DNA of 20,000 bases, from the IMG/VR virus record IMGVR_UViG_3300031993_000026, positions 107,760 through 127,759 of that record; one strand, written 5' to 3'. The stretch's first letter is position 1; every line of letters starts with the position of its first letter. The position numbers and the translations under genes were made by a program. The notes under the pieces are model-generated. The model was not told where the DNA came from. It was given only the letters and a program-made list of their open reading frames with translations, and ran no database searches. The stretch is from an uncultured virus (IMG/VR IMGVR_UViG_3300031993_000026). Its lineage: Duplodnaviria; Heunggongvirae; Uroviricota; Caudoviricetes. Below are positions 16,990 to 20,000 of this stretch, piece by piece.

Positions 16990-18252
16990 ATGTTAAGGGC
17001 GTTGAAGATACGGCTATATCCCAGCGGGGAACAGCAGACCAAGATGAACAAGGTCTTGGGTTGCTACCGCTTCGTGTATAATCAGTCTCTTGAACGGAAG
17101 ATAAATGCTTATAAGGAAGAAGGAAATTCACTGGGCTTGACTGACCTTTCCAAGTGGTTTCACGGTGTTTTGATTAAAGACGAGCGATACGACTGGTTGA
17201 AACAGCAGAACACGAAGGTTATGAAGCAGGCAATCCGACAGATGCTCACGGCATACAACAACTTCTTTAAACTCCACAGGGGCTTCCCGAAGTTCAAGAG
17301 CAAGCACGACATAATCTTGTCGGCATTGTTTCCGCTGGAAGCAATATCATCCCGAAACACATTCGATGACCATAAGATAACATTAACCAAAGATTTAAAC
17401 GATATTCGTTTCAGGTGTTCCAAGTTATACCATAACCGACTTAAAATGTTCAAGGACAGCATAAGGAATGCAACCCTGTCGAGAACCAAGACTGGGAGAT
17501 ACTTTTTATCAATCCTTATGGACATTCCAGACGAAGAACTTATACGGTTCAAACGGACTGGAAACGCTGTTGGAATAGACTTGGGCGTAAAGGACTTCGT
17601 GATTACATCCGATGGCGAGGTGTTCGAGAACAAACATTTTCTCAAGGGAACCGAACACAGGATAAAAGTGTTGCAGAAGCAGTTGAGCAGGAAGGTCAAG
17701 GGTTCTAACAATCGTATGAAGCAAAGGATACGGCTTGCGACTGCGTATGAACGGCTGACAAATCAACGCGAAGCCTACATACACTATGTCGTAAACTCGC
17801 TGCTGAAGAACTACGACACGGTGTTTATGGAAGACCTTAATGTGCGCGGTATGCTCCGCAACCACAAGTTAGCAAAGGCTATTGCCGAAGTCGGTCTGCA
17901 CAGGTTCAGGCAAGTCCTGACCGACAAGGCGACGCTTAACGGCAAAAGTGTAGTCTTTGTCGATAGGTTCTATCCTTCATCGAAGACCTGTTCCGTATGC
18001 GGTTATGTAAAGAAGGACTTGACGCTCAACGACCGTGAATGGACTTGTCCCGAATGCGGAACGCACCACGACAGGGACTTGAACGCCTCGGTTAACATCC
18101 TGAACGAAGGTAAACGAATTGTAGGTGTCCGTAGCACCGAACTTACGCCTGTGGACTGCCCGACTATGGATGACCGTCTGGCGACAGACCTAAAAAGTAG
18201 CGGCAGGATGAAGCAGGAAGGAGGGACAGATGAAGAACATAGTTTTTCATAG
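16990..18252 (+). CDS. tnpB: RNA-guided endonuclease TnpB (420 aa)
   Basis: Start re-called at MLRALKIRLYP (HTH_OrfB N-terminus); RuvC motifs GIDLG, VFMEDLNV and HDRDLNA intact; zinc ribbon CSVC...CPEC. Confidence 0.95.
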   Translation: MLRALKIRLYPSGEQQTKMNKVLGCYRFVYNQSLERKINAYKEEGNSLGLTDLSKWFHGVLIKDERYDWLKQQNTKVMKQAIRQMLTAYNNFFKLHRGFPKFKSKHDIILSALFPLEAISSRNTFDDHKITLTKDLNDIRFRCSKLYHNRLKMFKDSIRNATLSRTKTGRYFLSILMDIPDEELIRFKRTGNAVGIDLGVKDFVITSDGEVFENKHFLKGTEHRIKVLQKQLSRKVKGSNNRMKQRIRLATAYERLTNQREAYIHYVVNSLLKNYDTVFMEDLNVRGMLRNHKLAKAIAEVGLHRFRQVLTDKATLNGKSVVFVDRFYPSSKTCSVCGYVKKDLTLNDREWTCPECGTHHDRDLNASVNILNEGKRIVGVRSTELTPVDCPTMDDRLATDLKSSGRMKQEGGTDEEHSFS

Positions 18253-18286
18253 GTTTTTCCATACGGTGGAAGCCCCAGAGAGAAGG
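18120..18286 (+). ncRNA. Putative TnpB omega/reRNA scaffold plus guide (boundaries approximate)
   Basis: TnpB guide RNAs are known to overlap the 3' end of the ORF; hairpins here include GGTG-TCCGTAG-CACC and GTCTG-GCGA-CAGAC; guide inferred to start after TACGG at 18266. Confidence 0.55.
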
Positions 18287-18333
18287 CTATCGGGGGACAC
18301 TCCGAAACGCCACCATAATATATCGTTATTGCT

Positions 18334-18507
18334 ATGGCGACATTCCAAGAAGTGTTTGACGAGATGCTCGCACGGCTTGAAAAGGCTGACGCGGAGATAA
18401 AGGAGAAAGACCTGATAATACACGACCTCGAATGCCGTGTAGCCGACTTGGAGAAACGGCTTGGGCGCATAACGAAGAAGAAACCGAAGAAGAAATCCGA
18501 AATTTAG
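18334..18507 (+). CDS. Small coiled-coil protein with basic tail (57 aa, not in the ORF track)
   Basis: MATFQEVFDEMLARLEKADAEIKEKDLIIHDLECRVADLEKRLGRITKKKPKKKSEI*; clear heptad pattern and AT-rich leader. Confidence 0.65.
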   Translation: MATFQEVFDEMLARLEKADAEIKEKDLIIHDLECRVADLEKRLGRITKKKPKKKSEI

Positions 18508-18545
18508 GATACGGACTTGCCCTTCGGTCTTGTGTTAGGCACACA

Positions 18546-19805
18546 TTAAAAGATTTTCTCGATTTCCTCTATGTATTTTCTACCGAACAGCGTATCGACA
18601 ATCTTCCTTGCGAACGCCTCCTGCCTCTTGTCAACATCTGGTCTGTCGAGTTCTTTGTCTGAAATGTAATAGTTGATGCAAACTTCGACATCCCCGTCCA
18701 GATGCTTCCAATTTTCTTCGTCCATATATTGAACTGCAAACTCCACATTGCCTGCTCTGGTTCTTTCTTTTGAATACGGCTCAAACCTGCCCCTCTTCCA
18801 AACCGTGCCCCACGAGCATTCGTATCCGTTGCGCTTGAAATCCTCTTCATATGTATCTTCCATATCATCTTGCCCTATTACCTCTACATCAAAATACTCA
18901 CTCATAATTTTTCCAACGTAGATGCACATATCGTAAGGGTGTACACAAAACGGATAGCATACACCGTTGTCTTTGTATTCGTCATATAGGGGGGAACGCC
19001 CTCTATCTAAATTTGGTAGTGCGCGATACCCAAATTGCTTCAAAGCATTGTTAAATTTTCTTATGGTATTTTCACCTGAAAATGATTTGTATTTTTCAAC
19101 ACCGTCCCAGTCGGTATTGTAGAAGTCAAAGTGCTTTTCCCACAACGGATAGAGGAAAGCGTCGATGTCTATGTGTATTGTTATTTTGTTTTCCTTTTCG
19201 GAGTGCGGGTCATACACCCGTTCAACATCCCAGTCGTTGACGATGCCTTGCTTGCGGTATTTGTCTGGCGCATTTGTAATGCCCCGTTCCAGTTTGTCCG
19301 ACATAATCTTCCTGACATACCTGCTTCCGTCCCCATTGTAGAGTTTACCGTCCTTGCCGAGCAGGAGTTTGCTCCCGTCAACAACCACGCTTGCTATGAT
19401 TGTGACACTCGACCTTGTGTCTGGTGTCTTGATTAGGTACGGGGTGAGGGGTGTCAAGTCAACCACCTCTACGCCTTTCGGCAATATAGCACCGTCAAGC
19501 ATATCGCTCTGTACTTTGGCGCACGCCTCAAAGTCCTTTACACCAGAATATGTTACTGTGTGCTCGTGGTCTTTTCTGTCTTTCGATACAGCCTTTATAC
19601 CAGCGTTCTTGTCCTTTGTGATTTCCTCGAACCAGATGTCGCTTATCAGGTTTCCGTTCCTGTCGGTCAGGTTGTAAAGCCCGTTCCTGTTCTTCACAAT
19701 AAAATATGTCGAATCAAATATGTCGAACTCTTCATAGTCCTTGAACATATTTGGTCTCACCGCCATTTCATTGATAAATTCTTCAACTTTCAATATGCGT
19801 ATCAT
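18546..19805 (-). CDS. Late-expressed protein with CTS-like N-terminus and a WG-repeat-like segment (candidate internal head protein)
   Basis: ATG 19805, MIRILKVEEFINEMA; FIVKNRNGLYNLTDRNGNLISDIWFEEI resembles a WG-type beta repeat; TATAAATA 25 nt upstream. Confidence 0.8.
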   Translation of the reverse strand: MIRILKVEEFINEMAVRPNMFKDYEEFDIFDSTYFIVKNRNGLYNLTDRNGNLISDIWFEEITKDKNAGIKAVSKDRKDHEHTVTYSGVKDFEACAKVQSDMLDGAILPKGVEVVDLTPLTPYLIKTPDTRSSVTIIASVVVDGSKLLLGKDGKLYNGDGSRYVRKIMSDKLERGITNAPDKYRKQGIVNDWDVERVYDPHSEKENKITIHIDIDAFLYPLWEKHFDFYNTDWDGVEKYKSFSGENTIRKFNNALKQFGYRALPNLDRGRSPLYDEYKDNGVCYPFCVHPYDMCIYVGKIMSEYFDVEVIGQDDMEDTYEEDFKRNGYECSWGTVWKRGRFEPYSKERTRAGNVEFAVQYMDEENWKHLDGDVEVCINYYISDKELDRPDVDKRQEAFARKIVDTLFGRKYIEEIEKIF

Positions 19806-19830
19806 AATCAATATAGTTTATATGCTATCT

Positions 19831-19838
19831 TATTTATA
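19831..19838 (-). promoter_or_regulatory. T4-type late promoter TATAAATA
   Basis: Exact consensus on the - strand upstream of ATG 19805. Confidence 0.75.
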
Positions 19839-19858
19839 TTCTATGCTGGGCTTAAATA

Positions 19859-19866
19859 TATAAATA
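19859..19866 (+). promoter_or_regulatory. T4-type late promoter TATAAATA (divergent partner)
   Basis: Exact consensus 27 nt upstream of ATG 19894. Confidence 0.75.
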
Positions 19867-19893
19867 AGTTGATTACAAATTATTTACATTCTT

Positions 19894-20000
19894 ATGGGAG
19901 AGAAAGAACAGGCTAACACGACCGTCTGGTCGTCGAAGTCGGTGGCGAAATATACCGATGACATAGACTCTGGCGTTGAGCGCAAGGGAGAGTCCCCGTT
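19894..20000 (+). CDS. 5' end of a late gene, possibly terminase large subunit (runs off the window)
   Basis: MGEKEQANTTVWSSKSVAKYTDDIDSGVERKGESP(F); from memory it resembles the 'WS...I.NG....PF' N-termini of large-phage gp17-like terminases, but only 35 codons are visible. Confidence 0.4.
   Translation, partial: MGEKEQANTTVWSSKSVAKYTDDIDSGVERKGESP

Larger units (their letters stand above)
16758..18266 (+). mobile_element. Non-autonomous TnpB-only insertion element (IS200/IS605 or IS607 group); ends approximate
   Basis: tnpB with no tnpA nearby; inverted motifs shared between flanks (16788-16804 vs 18241-18257; 16830-16838 vs 18258-18266); right end inferred at TACGG. Confidence 0.55.

Noticed and set aside
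18265..18314. Hammerhead ribozyme downstream of tnpB
   Set aside because: GAAAC is present but the CUGANGA core is absent.
1..20000. Stop-codon reassignment (TAG or TGA), as in Lak or some crAss-like phages
   Set aside because: Recognisable genes are intact in code 11, and TAG and TGA end genes right before the next start (for example 3010, 4860, 8325).

Overview
This window looks like part of a large (probably jumbo, T4-like in regulation) dsDNA phage genome infecting a Bacteroidota host such as Prevotella. It uses the standard genetic code, with TAG as a stop. Two long + strand blocks of small, mostly hypothetical genes (2525-9051 and 9666-15941) each start at a near-identical 52-nt promoter-like element. 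They include a 10x21-aa leucine-rich-repeat protein, a YopX-like protein, several paralogous Bacteroidota-phage modules and a DRB0094/Rnl5-type RNA ligase. Three unrelated minus-strand genes each have a perfect T4-type late promoter (TATAAATA) 22-27 nt upstream and share an N-terminal [I/V]L[K/R]xx[E/D]F(I)[T/N]EM motif resembling the T4 capsid-targeting sequence, so they are candidate packaged and ejected internal head proteins. The right part holds an Amidase_3 endolysin, a transposase-less TnpB element with intact RuvC motifs, a late promoter and a structured terminator/antiterminator-like leader, and the start of a possible terminase large subunit. All calls come from motif recognition by eye; no database searches or folding programs were run.
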